A stretch of 54,958 nt of DNA from an uncultured Desulfovibrionaceae bacterium (GCA_964369675.1 CAYJHE010000001.1:1-54958); one strand, 5' to 3'; positions 45,544-54,674 are shown, counted from the first letter of the stretch. A program made the numbers and translations. The notes: generated from the sequence alone by a model not told the origin.

Positions 45544-45780
45544 ATGTCATTTTCAATAAATAAAGCCTTTGTGCTTGCGCGTATGGAAGCAAAAAGAGGC
45601 ATCGAAACCACAATTAAATGCGAAAAATGTAATGAAAACATGCTTATAGGCAGAACATGAACAGATGTTTCTTTATGGTGCAAGGCTTGCACTCACCCAA
45701 TGACAGTTGAAGAAGCTGTGCCTCTTATGGACGATGTTATGGAAAACTTCCTAGAGCGCGTTTACTGCGATAGAATTTAG
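45544..45780 (+). CDS. candidate small selenoprotein (zinc-ribbon-like, in-frame TGA at 45658-45660)
   Basis: An SD (AAGGAA) lies 6 nt before the ATG. The frame stays open on both sides of a single TGA. The product has CEKC-x16-CKAC with the TGA codon between the knuckles. A stem-loop lies 16 nt downstream of the TGA, and a perfect terminator follows only after the second stop (TAG 45778-45780). Confidence 0.4.
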
Positions 45781-45806
45781 AACACTTTCAATTATTAAAA
45801 ACGCTC

Positions 45807-45840
45807 AAAAAAAAAGCTCGAATAATTCGAGCTTTTTTTA
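45807..45840. terminator. bidirectional intrinsic terminator
   Basis: AAAAAAAAGCTCGAAT-A-ATTCGAGCTTTTTTT: perfect 9-bp stem with an A-run and a T-run. It serves the small + strand ORF and the convergent skp. Confidence 0.85.
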
Positions 45841-45931
45841 ATTATATCTTAGATAATAAATTCAATATCTTTGTGGATTTTTCATCAAAAATTAATTTTT
45901 AGCAGAAAAAGCGCAAGAGTTTTAAATTTAT

Positions 45932-46471
45932 TTAGTCAGCGAACTTTGCGCCTTTTTCTTTCCAAAGCTTATTCACTTCAGTTAAAATGCCTTGTGAAAC
46001 GTCAACTGTTTCAGATGCATACGCAACAGAAGCACTGCCGTCAATCAAAATATCAAGCTTATTTGCTTTAGAATAGTTCACGCAAGCAGCACGAACAATG
46101 TCAAGGATTTCTGTTTGTTTTGCTTGTTGCACAGGACCGATTTTTTGAGCAAATGCAGCACGCTTTTCTTCAAAAGCACGCACTTCTTTTTCTAAAGCAG
46201 TAGCTTTAGACTTTCTTGCGCTTTCAGACAAAGCAGCTGCTTGTTTTTGAAATTCTTCAGTCTTCTTTTGAATTGTTTCAGCGTCTTTCATCAATTTTGT
46301 TCTTTCTGTACCAAACTTTGAATCAAGAAAGCCTTCTAAAGCCTTAGCAGGTTCTGAATTTTGTGTCACGCCTGTGAGATTAAAAACTGCTATATTAGCT
46401 GCAAGAGCTGCATTAGAAAGAAGTAAAACTGCCACAAATGATATACATATTTTTATAAAAGTGCTACGCAT
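45932..46471 (-). CDS. skp: OmpH/Skp-family periplasmic chaperone
   Basis: 179 aa with a signal peptide (…SNAALA/AN) and a long coiled-coil-like K/E/A-rich body typical of Skp. Confidence 0.85.
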   Translation of the reverse strand: MRSTFIKICISFVAVLLLSNAALAANIAVFNLTGVTQNSEPAKALEGFLDSKFGTERTKLMKDAETIQKKTEEFQKQAAALSESARKSKATALEKEVRAFEEKRAAFAQKIGPVQQAKQTEILDIVRAACVNYSKANKLDILIDGSASVAYASETVDVSQGILTEVNKLWKEKGAKFAD

Positions 46472-46724
46472 TGACGTAAGTCCCGATATTTCTGTTTAAT
46501 ATTATGCCTCAAAATCAAGGAAAGGTTTTCAGCCAAGCAATAAAGTAGTATAGTCACACAGCATTGTCAAGTTTTTTCACTTTATTCAATAAAGCAAATC
46601 ACTTTATTCCAATTAATTTAAAAATGTAAACAAGCATTTCAATTTATTGTTCGTAGATTGATTTTCTATGAGAACAGTCTAGCACTTTTAAGGCGAAACA
46701 ATAGTTAAGCGAAACTTAAAACTA

Positions 46725-48038
46725 TTACTGTACTTTCTTTCTCACGCCAAGCACATTTGGAACAGCCATAGCAATATTTGAAAAAGGAGTATTGCGCACA
46801 ATTCCTGCTATAAAATACTGATTTTCTGAAGTTTTTAAATATAAACCTGCTTCACTGCCGCCTTCTGCGTAGAGCAAACTATTTAGGCTCAAGCCTTCGC
46901 TTGACAAGGAAAGTATGTAGCTTCCAAATTCAAACACAGATAAAGGCGCTCTTGAAAAAATAAAGTAAATATTTCCTTCAATATCTTCACCATAAGAAGC
47001 TATAGAAAATTTATTTTCATCTTGTTCCCAAAGAAGTTCACATTCTTGTGTATCTTCGCTATAATTTCCAAGTATTCTGAAATTTTGTATGACGACTTCA
47101 TAAGAATCTAAATACTCGTCTAATTTATTTCTGCTTTCTTCATCACTTTGATTGAGATTTTCTTCAATACTGCTTTGCACAATGCCTTCTTTCTTTGATT
47201 TAGAAAAGAAGAAGCCATTCATTTTTTCTGCCATTTTTCCATTGTTAATATCAGCACCAGAACGCATATAGCCATTAGAAGTTTTATTGTCAGGTAAGTA
47301 CATTGAGGCATTTATCGCAACTTGCAAGCCTTTGTCTAAAGCCCAAGAGCGAACGGATTTGCTCTCACTTTGATCTATAAAAGAGCCATACAAATCTATT
47401 TCATGATAGGCTGTATTTATGCGAATTATGTGCACATCTACATCAAGAGCAAGCTTATCTAAAAAAAACTTCTCTTTTTTATTGACATAATCAAGCCCTT
47501 TATCAATTTCTCGCCATGCTAATTTATTTTCATCGAGTGCATTTTGTGGAGACTCTATAATTTCTTGAATATGTTCTATATCTAAAATTTCTTCTTTTTC
47601 TTCTGCAGTTACAAGTTCAGAATCTTGCTGTTTTTTGATTTCTGAAACAGGAATCTTCACAAGAATTTCCTCTTCGGAGTTCTGCAAATTATTTGAAAAA
47701 GTAATACTGCCTTCTATACTGGAATCATTTACAATAAGAGCTTTTTTTTCTTTCTTTGTTTCTTGTATTTGAGAATCTACTTGCACTTGTGCTTGCACGT
47801 CTTTTGTTTTATTTTCTTGCGTGTGAACATGCTCTTGCTTTTCTTGTTTTTCATTAGACGTCAATAAAGACAAGTCTAAACTCATGTCGCTATCTTGCAT
47901 AAATGTAGTTTGAATCAACATATACACGCATATAAGCAAAAATATAACTATGCCAAACAAAACTTTCTTCAAAAGACTTAACCCTATACAATTCACATAT
48001 ATAACATATGTTTTTCTAAATGTAGTTCTATGAACCAT
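46725..48038 (-). CDS. membrane-anchored protein with a Q/E/K-rich linker and a C-terminal DUF2233 / phosphodiester-glycosidase-like domain
   Basis: One N-terminal TM segment. The C-terminal ~230 aa shows a DUF2233-like pattern (…INASMYLPDN…, …AEGGSEAGLYL…). Assigned from memory only. Confidence 0.4.
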   Translation of the reverse strand: MVHRTTFRKTYVIYVNCIGLSLLKKVLFGIVIFLLICVYMLIQTTFMQDSDMSLDLSLLTSNEKQEKQEHVHTQENKTKDVQAQVQVDSQIQETKKEKKALIVNDSSIEGSITFSNNLQNSEEEILVKIPVSEIKKQQDSELVTAEEKEEILDIEHIQEIIESPQNALDENKLAWREIDKGLDYVNKKEKFFLDKLALDVDVHIIRINTAYHEIDLYGSFIDQSESKSVRSWALDKGLQVAINASMYLPDNKTSNGYMRSGADINNGKMAEKMNGFFFSKSKKEGIVQSSIEENLNQSDEESRNKLDEYLDSYEVVIQNFRILGNYSEDTQECELLWEQDENKFSIASYGEDIEGNIYFIFSRAPLSVFEFGSYILSLSSEGLSLNSLLYAEGGSEAGLYLKTSENQYFIAGIVRNTPFSNIAMAVPNVLGVRKKVQ

Positions 48039-48175
48039 CTAAAACTCATTATAGCAAAGACTTAGGAATAAGCAATATATTTTATCAAAGCATTAAATTT
48101 TTCTTTTTTTTTCTTGTAATTCAAATTGGATTTATCTATACTTTCAAAAAATTCAACCCTATATAGGAATAGTAC

Positions 48176-49153
48176 ATGTTAAAATTTTTCTCACAAAGAT
48201 GTTTTGTTTCACTAATTTTCTGTTTTTCTTTAATCCTTGTTTCAACACAAGCTCATGCAGAAAAAAGATTTTCTATTGGAACAGCGGGCATTTCAGGAGT
48301 GCTCTACCCTTTTGGCGTATCTCTTGCACAAACAATAACCAAGCACACTGACATGCAAGCAACAGGCGAATCAAGTGCAGGCTCAATTGAAAACATAAGA
48401 AACCTCACTACAGGCAAAACAGCAATCGCTTTTTCACAAAACCAAAATGCAACACAGGCCTATGAAGGCACACATGTGTATAAAAACAGATCTGCCCCAG
48501 ATTTACGCTCTATTATGGCTACCTTAGTTTCCTATATGCATATATTTGTACCAAAAGATTCTGAAGTTTCATCTATCAAAGAGCTAAAGGGCAAAAGAGT
48601 TTCTGTTGGTGCAGCAGGAAGCGGTGGCGAAGTTGATACAAGAATGTTGCTTGAATTTTATGACCTAGATTATAGTAAAATCAAGCCACAATTTATTCCA
48701 GAATCTGAAGCTATTTCAGCCCTCAAAGACGGCAGAATTGACGCTATTATAGCAACCCACCCGTTAAATAGTACTGCTATGACTGAACTTACACAATCAA
48801 TGGATCTAAAACTCCTTCCTATAGCAGACGATTCTTTTTATACAAAGTACCCCTACTTCACAAAGGGCACAATTGAAAGCGGCACTTATCCGCATATAGA
48901 CACAGACACTTACGCACCGCGTATTGTTTCTGCTCTCTTCACAAGCACAAATTCAAATCTCACAGATGACGAAGTCTATCAAATCACAAAAGCTATTTGG
49001 GAAAATGAAAGTGAGTGGATTAATGTGCACGCAAGTGTCACTAAGAATGTAAGCTTAAAAAACGCTCTTTCAGGTTTAATCATTCCTCTTTCAAAGGGCG
49101 CGCTTAAGTATTACGAAGAAATAGGCGTAGACGTACCTAAACATTTGAAATAG
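48176..49153 (+). CDS. TAXI-family TRAP-type solute-binding protein (orphan; no TRAP permease nearby)
   Basis: Signal peptide (…TQAHA/EK), then FSIGTAGISGVLYPFG, which matches the TAXI GTGGxxGxYYPxG start. The size (325 aa) is typical. Confidence 0.75.
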   Translation: MLKFFSQRCFVSLIFCFSLILVSTQAHAEKRFSIGTAGISGVLYPFGVSLAQTITKHTDMQATGESSAGSIENIRNLTTGKTAIAFSQNQNATQAYEGTHVYKNRSAPDLRSIMATLVSYMHIFVPKDSEVSSIKELKGKRVSVGAAGSGGEVDTRMLLEFYDLDYSKIKPQFIPESEAISALKDGRIDAIIATHPLNSTAMTELTQSMDLKLLPIADDSFYTKYPYFTKGTIESGTYPHIDTDTYAPRIVSALFTSTNSNLTDDEVYQITKAIWENESEWINVHASVTKNVSLKNALSGLIIPLSKGALKYYEEIGVDVPKHLK

Positions 49154-49246
49154 CTAATTCTCATAAAGTTCTTACTTCTAGCAAGGTATTTTTATAGACT
49201 TATTCTAAAACTTGACTAGAAAAAGCATTTTGTATATGCTATTGCA

Positions 49247-51883
49247 ATGAAAAAGACTATAACAGACAAGAAAAAAGCCCAAGAAGAGAGCAAAGAGGCA
49301 GTAAAAAAGGAAGCCAAACCTTTTATTTCGGCAGCAAATATACATTTAATAAGACTCATTATTTTCTTAATATGTATTTTGATCTTTGTCTCTCTTTACG
49401 GCTATTCTTCGCAAGACCCTTTACTTAAATCGCCTTTTTCAAGTCAAGTTGAATTAGATAATTATATCGGTGCTATAGGCGCGTTTATTTCAGGCTGGCT
49501 TGTCTATTTCTTTGGCATTTATTCTTATCTTGCGCCTGTTTTTATTTTAGCTCTTACTTTTAATCTTCTTTTTAAATATATAGTCACTTCGTTCAGAAAG
49601 TTTGTTGGCTTTTTTCTACTTGCCTTTATCCTCTTTCCTTTAGCCACTTATTATGAATGGCATGTTTTAGAAATTATAGGTGGCGGTTATCTTGGCGCTT
49701 TTATCTACCAAAGCGCGCTCACCTATCTCAACACACTTGGCTCTTTGATACTTTTTTATTCCTTTATTCCCCTTGCCATTGAATGCTTTTTCCCGCGTAT
49801 CATAGCAAAAACATTAAACATTTTCTACCTTGCCTACGCAAAAAGTATAGGCAGGCTTTTTGAAAAGAAAAAAGACAAGCAAAAAACGCTTGCTATCAGC
49901 GAAAACAAAGACAATTCAAAGGATTTTGAAGACGACTTTAATGCAGACTTTGATGACGACTTTAATAATGACTTTGATAATAATGAAGACGAATATCTTT
50001 ATGACGACTTTTATAAAGAAGATGAAGACGACAAAAAAGACAATTATTATTACGATGATGATGACGACTTAGACAGTGAAAGTGAAAAGAAGCAAGAAAA
50101 GAAAGAGTCTTCTTTCAGCTTTTTTGGCTTTATGAAGAAAAAAGAAAAATCTGATGAAGATAAGCCTTTTGCGCTTCCAAAAAAAGAATCTTCTTTTAGT
50201 TTTAAGAAAAAAAACCACACAATAGACCCTTTTGACAGACCTTATGACACTGATGAATACGTTGAATACGATGAATACGATGAATACGTTGAATACGATG
50301 AATACGACAATTTTGACTCTTCATATAATGATGACATCACAGATTTAGACGAAAGCTATATCGCGCAGGAAAGCGATTCAAAACCAAGCAGGGCTGCGCG
50401 CACCAAACTTTATGCAAGTCCAAAGGCACGCAAAAAAAGACCTACATTAAGAAATCTACATCTTCCTACAACAAGACTTCTGCTCTCATCAAGCGATACA
50501 GAAATCAAGGTAGACCAAAAAGAACTTGATGCTAAAGGCGCCTTACTTATTCGCGTATTAAAAAATTACGGCATAATAGCTTCGCTTGTGCGCATCACAA
50601 CAGGACCTGTTATCACCATGTTTGAAGTTCGCCCCTCAGCAGGCACAAAGATAAGCAAAATAACAGCCTTAGGAAAAGAACTTGCTCTCAACCTCAAAGC
50701 GACATCCATTCGCTTTCAAGCCCCTGTGCTAGGCAGTGACACGGTAGGAATTGAACTTCCAAGCGCACATAGAGCTACAGTTTCTTTCAAAGAAGTACTA
50801 GACAGCAAGGAATTTAAGGATTCGACCTCCCTACTTTCACTCGCACTTGGAAAGAATATCAGCGGTCAGCCTGTTTCACTTTCGCTTGCAAAGATGCCCC
50901 ACTTACTCGTTGCAGGCGCAACGGGCATGGGTAAGAGCGTATGCTTAAATTCAATAATTCTTTCTCTCTTGTACAAAGCAAAGCCGCATGAAGTGAAATT
51001 GCTTCTTATCGACCCAAAAGTAGTCGAATTTGGTATCTATGAAGGCTTGCCGCATTTAGTTCACCCTGTTGTAATGAATATGGAAGAAGCTAAACACGCT
51101 TTAGCCTGGGCTGTAAACGAAATGGAGCGCAGATATAAGCTTATTTCAGACTTAGGCGCAAGAGGCTTAGACTCCTACAATAAAATTATTAGCGACTCAA
51201 AAGAAGAGCTGCCAATAAAGAAACAGCAACTTTTCTCTCAAGAAGAATTAGACGAAAATCTTTACCATGAAAAATTACCGTATATCGTTATTATGATAGA
51301 CGAACTTTCAGATTTACTTATGGAATTTGGCAAAGAAGTACAAACTCCTATTGCAAGACTTGGACAAAAAGCAAGAGCAGCAGGCATACACATGATTTTG
51401 GCAACGCAAAGGCCAAGCGTAGACGTTGTAACAAGCCTTATCAAGGCAAATCTGCCTACTCGTTTTGCCCTTGGTGTTGTGAGCCCCTTTGACTCAAAAA
51501 CAATCTTAGGTGAATATGGTGCAGAATCTTTGCTAGGTAAGGGCGACATGCTTGTGAGGTCTGAGGGAGGAAGAATCCAAAGACTACACGGAGCCTTTGT
51601 TCCTGATGCAGATGTTGCTAAAATCATTGATTTTTGGAAGAAGCAACAAGAACCTGATTATAAATTTGACCTTTCAGAAATGGCAGAAGATGTTAATCAC
51701 TCTTTTGGGCACGAAAGCAATAATTCAGATAGAGATGTACTCTTTGATAAAGCCGCCGCCTTTGCCCCAACTATGAAGAAATTCTCTGTCTGCGGCTTGC
51801 AAAGACATCTAAATATCGGCTTCAATAGAGCTTCTAACCTGCGCGATCAATTAATACGCGAGGGCGTTATTCATCTGGATTAA
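49247..51883 (+). CDS. ftsK: DNA translocase FtsK
   Basis: N-terminal 4-5 TM segments, a long acidic linker, then a motor domain with Walker A GATGMGKS and Walker B IVIMIDELSD. The C-terminal gamma wHTH is LQRHLNIGFNRASNLRDQLIREGVI. Confidence 0.95.
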   Translation: MKKTITDKKKAQEESKEAVKKEAKPFISAANIHLIRLIIFLICILIFVSLYGYSSQDPLLKSPFSSQVELDNYIGAIGAFISGWLVYFFGIYSYLAPVFILALTFNLLFKYIVTSFRKFVGFFLLAFILFPLATYYEWHVLEIIGGGYLGAFIYQSALTYLNTLGSLILFYSFIPLAIECFFPRIIAKTLNIFYLAYAKSIGRLFEKKKDKQKTLAISENKDNSKDFEDDFNADFDDDFNNDFDNNEDEYLYDDFYKEDEDDKKDNYYYDDDDDLDSESEKKQEKKESSFSFFGFMKKKEKSDEDKPFALPKKESSFSFKKKNHTIDPFDRPYDTDEYVEYDEYDEYVEYDEYDNFDSSYNDDITDLDESYIAQESDSKPSRAARTKLYASPKARKKRPTLRNLHLPTTRLLLSSSDTEIKVDQKELDAKGALLIRVLKNYGIIASLVRITTGPVITMFEVRPSAGTKISKITALGKELALNLKATSIRFQAPVLGSDTVGIELPSAHRATVSFKEVLDSKEFKDSTSLLSLALGKNISGQPVSLSLAKMPHLLVAGATGMGKSVCLNSIILSLLYKAKPHEVKLLLIDPKVVEFGIYEGLPHLVHPVVMNMEEAKHALAWAVNEMERRYKLISDLGARGLDSYNKIISDSKEELPIKKQQLFSQEELDENLYHEKLPYIVIMIDELSDLLMEFGKEVQTPIARLGQKARAAGIHMILATQRPSVDVVTSLIKANLPTRFALGVVSPFDSKTILGEYGAESLLGKGDMLVRSEGGRIQRLHGAFVPDADVAKIIDFWKKQQEPDYKFDLSEMAEDVNHSFGHESNNSDRDVLFDKAAAFAPTMKKFSVCGLQRHLNIGFNRASNLRDQLIREGVIHLD

Positions 51884-51957
51884 AAATTTCTTTGTATTTT
51901 ATTATATGAAACAGTAGAAAGTTATCATCAGATAAAATAAAAAAAAGTTGGAAATAT

Positions 51958-52482
51958 ATGCACATTCCCTCCTCAATCATATCCATTGACTTTGAAACAG
52001 CTGACTATAAGCCTGATTCTGCCTGTGCTATTGGCATGGTGCGTTATGAAAACGGCATAATTGTTGACAAATTCACTTCATTAATAAGACCACCACGTCA
52101 AAGATTTATTTTTACCTATATACATGGAATAACATGGGAAGACGTGATGTATGAAGACGATTTTGCCGGCGTATGGGAAAGAGCAAAGTACTTTGTGCAA
52201 GATGCGCAAGTCTTTATTGCACACAATGCCCCCTTTGACAGAAAGGTGCTACATACTTGTTGCATTGCCCATAAACAACAAATTCCGCAACAAGCATTTT
52301 ATTGCACTCTCAAAGCTAGCAGAAAATTCCTCAAGCTTCCTTCACACAAATTAAACGCTATTGCAGAACATTTTAATATTCCCCTACAACACCACAATGC
52401 TGAATCAGATGCCTATGTTGCAGGGGAAATATTTCAGAGATTATACAGCCTAGGACATGACGTCTGGCAGTGTAAATGTTAA
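51958..52482 (+). CDS. DEDDh 3'-5' exonuclease (DnaQ/epsilon-like)
   Basis: Exo I SIDFET, Exo II HNAPFDRKVL and Exo III HNAESDAYVAGEIF. Confidence 0.85.
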   Translation: MHIPSSIISIDFETADYKPDSACAIGMVRYENGIIVDKFTSLIRPPRQRFIFTYIHGITWEDVMYEDDFAGVWERAKYFVQDAQVFIAHNAPFDRKVLHTCCIAHKQQIPQQAFYCTLKASRKFLKLPSHKLNAIAEHFNIPLQHHNAESDAYVAGEIFQRLYSLGHDVWQCKC

Positions 52483-52513
52483 GTATTATGCCTTCTTATT
52501 GCTCTTATTACTC

Positions 52514-54211
52514 TTACTTCTTTGCAAGTGTCAAATCTTGCGCGTAAGAATGGATACCTCTTGCTACTCCTTTAGCAACTGAACGCAAATAGGTCTTATT
52601 TTTAAGATTCTTTAAATCTAACTTATTAGAAAGATAGCCTATTTCTAAGAGAACAGCAGGCATAGAGGTTTTGTCAAGCACAGCATAAGCCGCCCCTTTT
52701 GTTCCGCCATTTTTCACAGTGTAGCCTTTAGAGCTCACATGCCCATAAGCATCTCTATGCACAAAGGAAGCTAATCTTTCAGATTCATACTTTCTGCGCT
52801 TTGTGTCTGGGCTATTAGCAACTGCCTTAAGAGCTTTAACATATTCTTCTGTCGCGCTACTATGTCTAAGGTTATTATAGTCTAAATAATAGGTTTCGAT
52901 ACCTGCTAAATCTTTATTGTCCGCACCATTTGCGTGCACAGAGATAAAGAGGTCGCCATTTTTTTGCTTTGCTATCTTTGCTCTGCGTGAAAGAGTGTAG
53001 AATTTATCGTCTGTTCGTGTGTAAACAACTTTGTAGCCTAATTTTGTAAGTTCACTGCCAAGCATTTTTGAAACATCAAGCACAAGGTCTTTTTCGATAA
53101 TTCCATTATGCGCTGCACCTTGATCTTTTCCGCCATGTCCTGGGTCAATAATAATAGTGCGCACATTTGAAGGAATTTTCTTTGTCAAATCTCTAGGCAT
53201 CACAACCTTAGGCAAGTCGTAAGAAGAACTCAAATTCTTTGTTTTTGTGCCTTTTGCTAAATTCTTTGCCTTATCTGTCACTTGAATGCGTATACAGTCG
53301 TTTTCCTTATCATAGAAAGCATAATAAGCATCTAACTTTGTGAAATCTATAATAATAACAGTTGCATTTCTCTTTGAAAAATCCACAACAAATTTTGAAA
53401 CAAAACCTAGTGAAGAATACTTATACCCAGATCTGATGTCTGGTGCAGAACGTGTTTGCTTCATCGTGAGCACTAAACGTGCAGGCGATTTTGTTTTCTT
53501 TTGCGCTGAAATATAGTCAATAGACCAAGCTAACTTTCTGTTTTTTCTATCTTTACTATTAAGTTCAACCTTAAGCTCTATATAGCCTTTTCTTTGGTAG
53601 GCATACATGCCTTCATAAATTGTATCGTTTGTTTGTATTTTTGGAATAGTATCAACACCAATATCTATTGAAGCAGTAATACTTGCTTCCATTTTCTTTG
53701 CATAATCTTGTGCTAGTGCAAAATGATCTGCTTTTTTATAATTCTTTGTTATACGCGATAAAAATGTGCTTGCTTTTGCGCTATCGCGTAATTGCTCATT
53801 ATAGAGCACAGCAAGATTATACAAAGCATCGTCAGCCAAAACCGAAGAAGCAAAGTCTTTATATACTTCTGTGTAAAGTTCTATTGCCTTAGCTCTGTCT
53901 TTTTTGGCAAAGGATTTTTTTGCTAAACCATCGTAGGATTCAGCAGCCCTAAAGAGTGCGGCAGGTCTGTTAGGCCATTTTGGATTATTCTTATACAAAG
54001 CATAAAACTTATCAGCTAACCTTAGCCAATTATGTCTAAATTGAGACTTTTTCTTATCCTCTTGCAAGCTCGTCAATTCTAATTTGTACTTGTTATAAGA
54101 AGACTGCACATTATTTGTTGCATGCGCTTCAAAATTGATAACGAAAAAAAAGCTCATCAATACAAGAATTAATAAGAAAATATTTCTTTTTTTTAATATA
54201 TACTTTTTCAT
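52514..54211 (-). CDS. N-acetylmuramoyl-L-alanine amidase (Amidase_3) with a long N-terminal TPR/YbgF-like and AMIN-like region
   Basis: Signal/anchor at the N-terminus. The C-terminal catalytic domain has IIIDPGHGGKDQGA…SVHAN…E.GY. Confidence 0.9.
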   Translation of the reverse strand: MKKYILKKRNIFLLILVLMSFFFVINFEAHATNNVQSSYNKYKLELTSLQEDKKKSQFRHNWLRLADKFYALYKNNPKWPNRPAALFRAAESYDGLAKKSFAKKDRAKAIELYTEVYKDFASSVLADDALYNLAVLYNEQLRDSAKASTFLSRITKNYKKADHFALAQDYAKKMEASITASIDIGVDTIPKIQTNDTIYEGMYAYQRKGYIELKVELNSKDRKNRKLAWSIDYISAQKKTKSPARLVLTMKQTRSAPDIRSGYKYSSLGFVSKFVVDFSKRNATVIIIDFTKLDAYYAFYDKENDCIRIQVTDKAKNLAKGTKTKNLSSSYDLPKVVMPRDLTKKIPSNVRTIIIDPGHGGKDQGAAHNGIIEKDLVLDVSKMLGSELTKLGYKVVYTRTDDKFYTLSRRAKIAKQKNGDLFISVHANGADNKDLAGIETYYLDYNNLRHSSATEEYVKALKAVANSPDTKRRKYESERLASFVHRDAYGHVSSKGYTVKNGGTKGAAYAVLDKTSMPAVLLEIGYLSNKLDLKNLKNKTYLRSVAKGVARGIHSYAQDLTLAKK

Positions 54212-54371
54212 AGGCTACTCGCTTTGAAACAGTTTTTTGACATTTTTTCCTTATGGAAAGCCGTATTCTGTTTTATGCAAAAAGCATACCAGTATTTTTT
54301 TGACTCTAGTCTTCGTACTTTATTATCTTACTTACAAGCTAATTCATTCTTCGTTCTTTATTGGTTGCGCT

Positions 54372-54420
54372 CCCCGCGCGGGGGCAAAGGAGGGTGCTAG
54401 GGTTGCACCCTCGTACCCTC
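54372..54420. repeat. GC-rich palindromic (REP-like) elements
   Basis: Perfect 12-bp palindrome CCCCGCGCGGGG (54372-54383), then the hairpin GAGGGTGC-TAGGGTT-GCACCCTC (54390-54412). The following octamer GTACCCTC (54413-54420) closely resembles the right arm GCACCCTC. Confidence 0.7.
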
Positions 54421-54524
54421 TTTAATAGATAGATTTTGACTTCGCTTCGCTCTGTACAAAATCCTCGCTCACAATTTGCGTGGAAATTGCTTCGCTCGCT
54501 AAAGAGCAAACTCCCGCCACCCGC

Positions 54525-54674
54525 TTAATACATTGTCGTAATGCCTGTTTGAAGACAAAGCGATGCCTTGAAAGATTTTCCTTTCACTTCGTTCAAGAAA
54601 AATCTTTCGGCAAGTCGCTCTTCCTAAAGAACTAATAACATCTGCACAGGCAAAAGGCAACGACAATGTATTAA
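54525..54674. repeat. 150-nt rod-like inverted-repeat element (unknown: structured RNA or non-autonomous element)
   Basis: 15-bp terminal inverted repeat TTAATACATTGTCGT / ACGACAATGTATTAA. Inside it are the stem TGCCTGT / ACAGGCA and an inner ~20-bp imperfect hairpin (54560-54618). Confidence 0.6.

Noticed and set aside
45658-45660. Alternative explanation of the in-frame TGA: a genome-wide TGA reassignment (code 4/25).
   Set aside because: TGA terminates well-supported full-length genes in this window (adhE at 3753-3755, the diguanylate cyclase at 28936-28938). The standard code therefore applies. A nonsense pseudogene or a sequencing error remain possible and are listed as refuting outcomes.
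54237-54425. 62-aa ORF ending in …GCAPRAGAKEGARVAPSYPL.
   Set aside because: Its C-terminal third is just a translation of the GC-rich palindromes, and it has no SD.
54525-54674. Retron msr/msd interpretation of the rod-like inverted-repeat element.
   Set aside because: A retron needs a reverse-transcriptase ORF immediately downstream. Neither strand has an ORF of adequate size within reach: on the + side a T-run follows and the window ends, and on the - side lies only the amidase promoter region.
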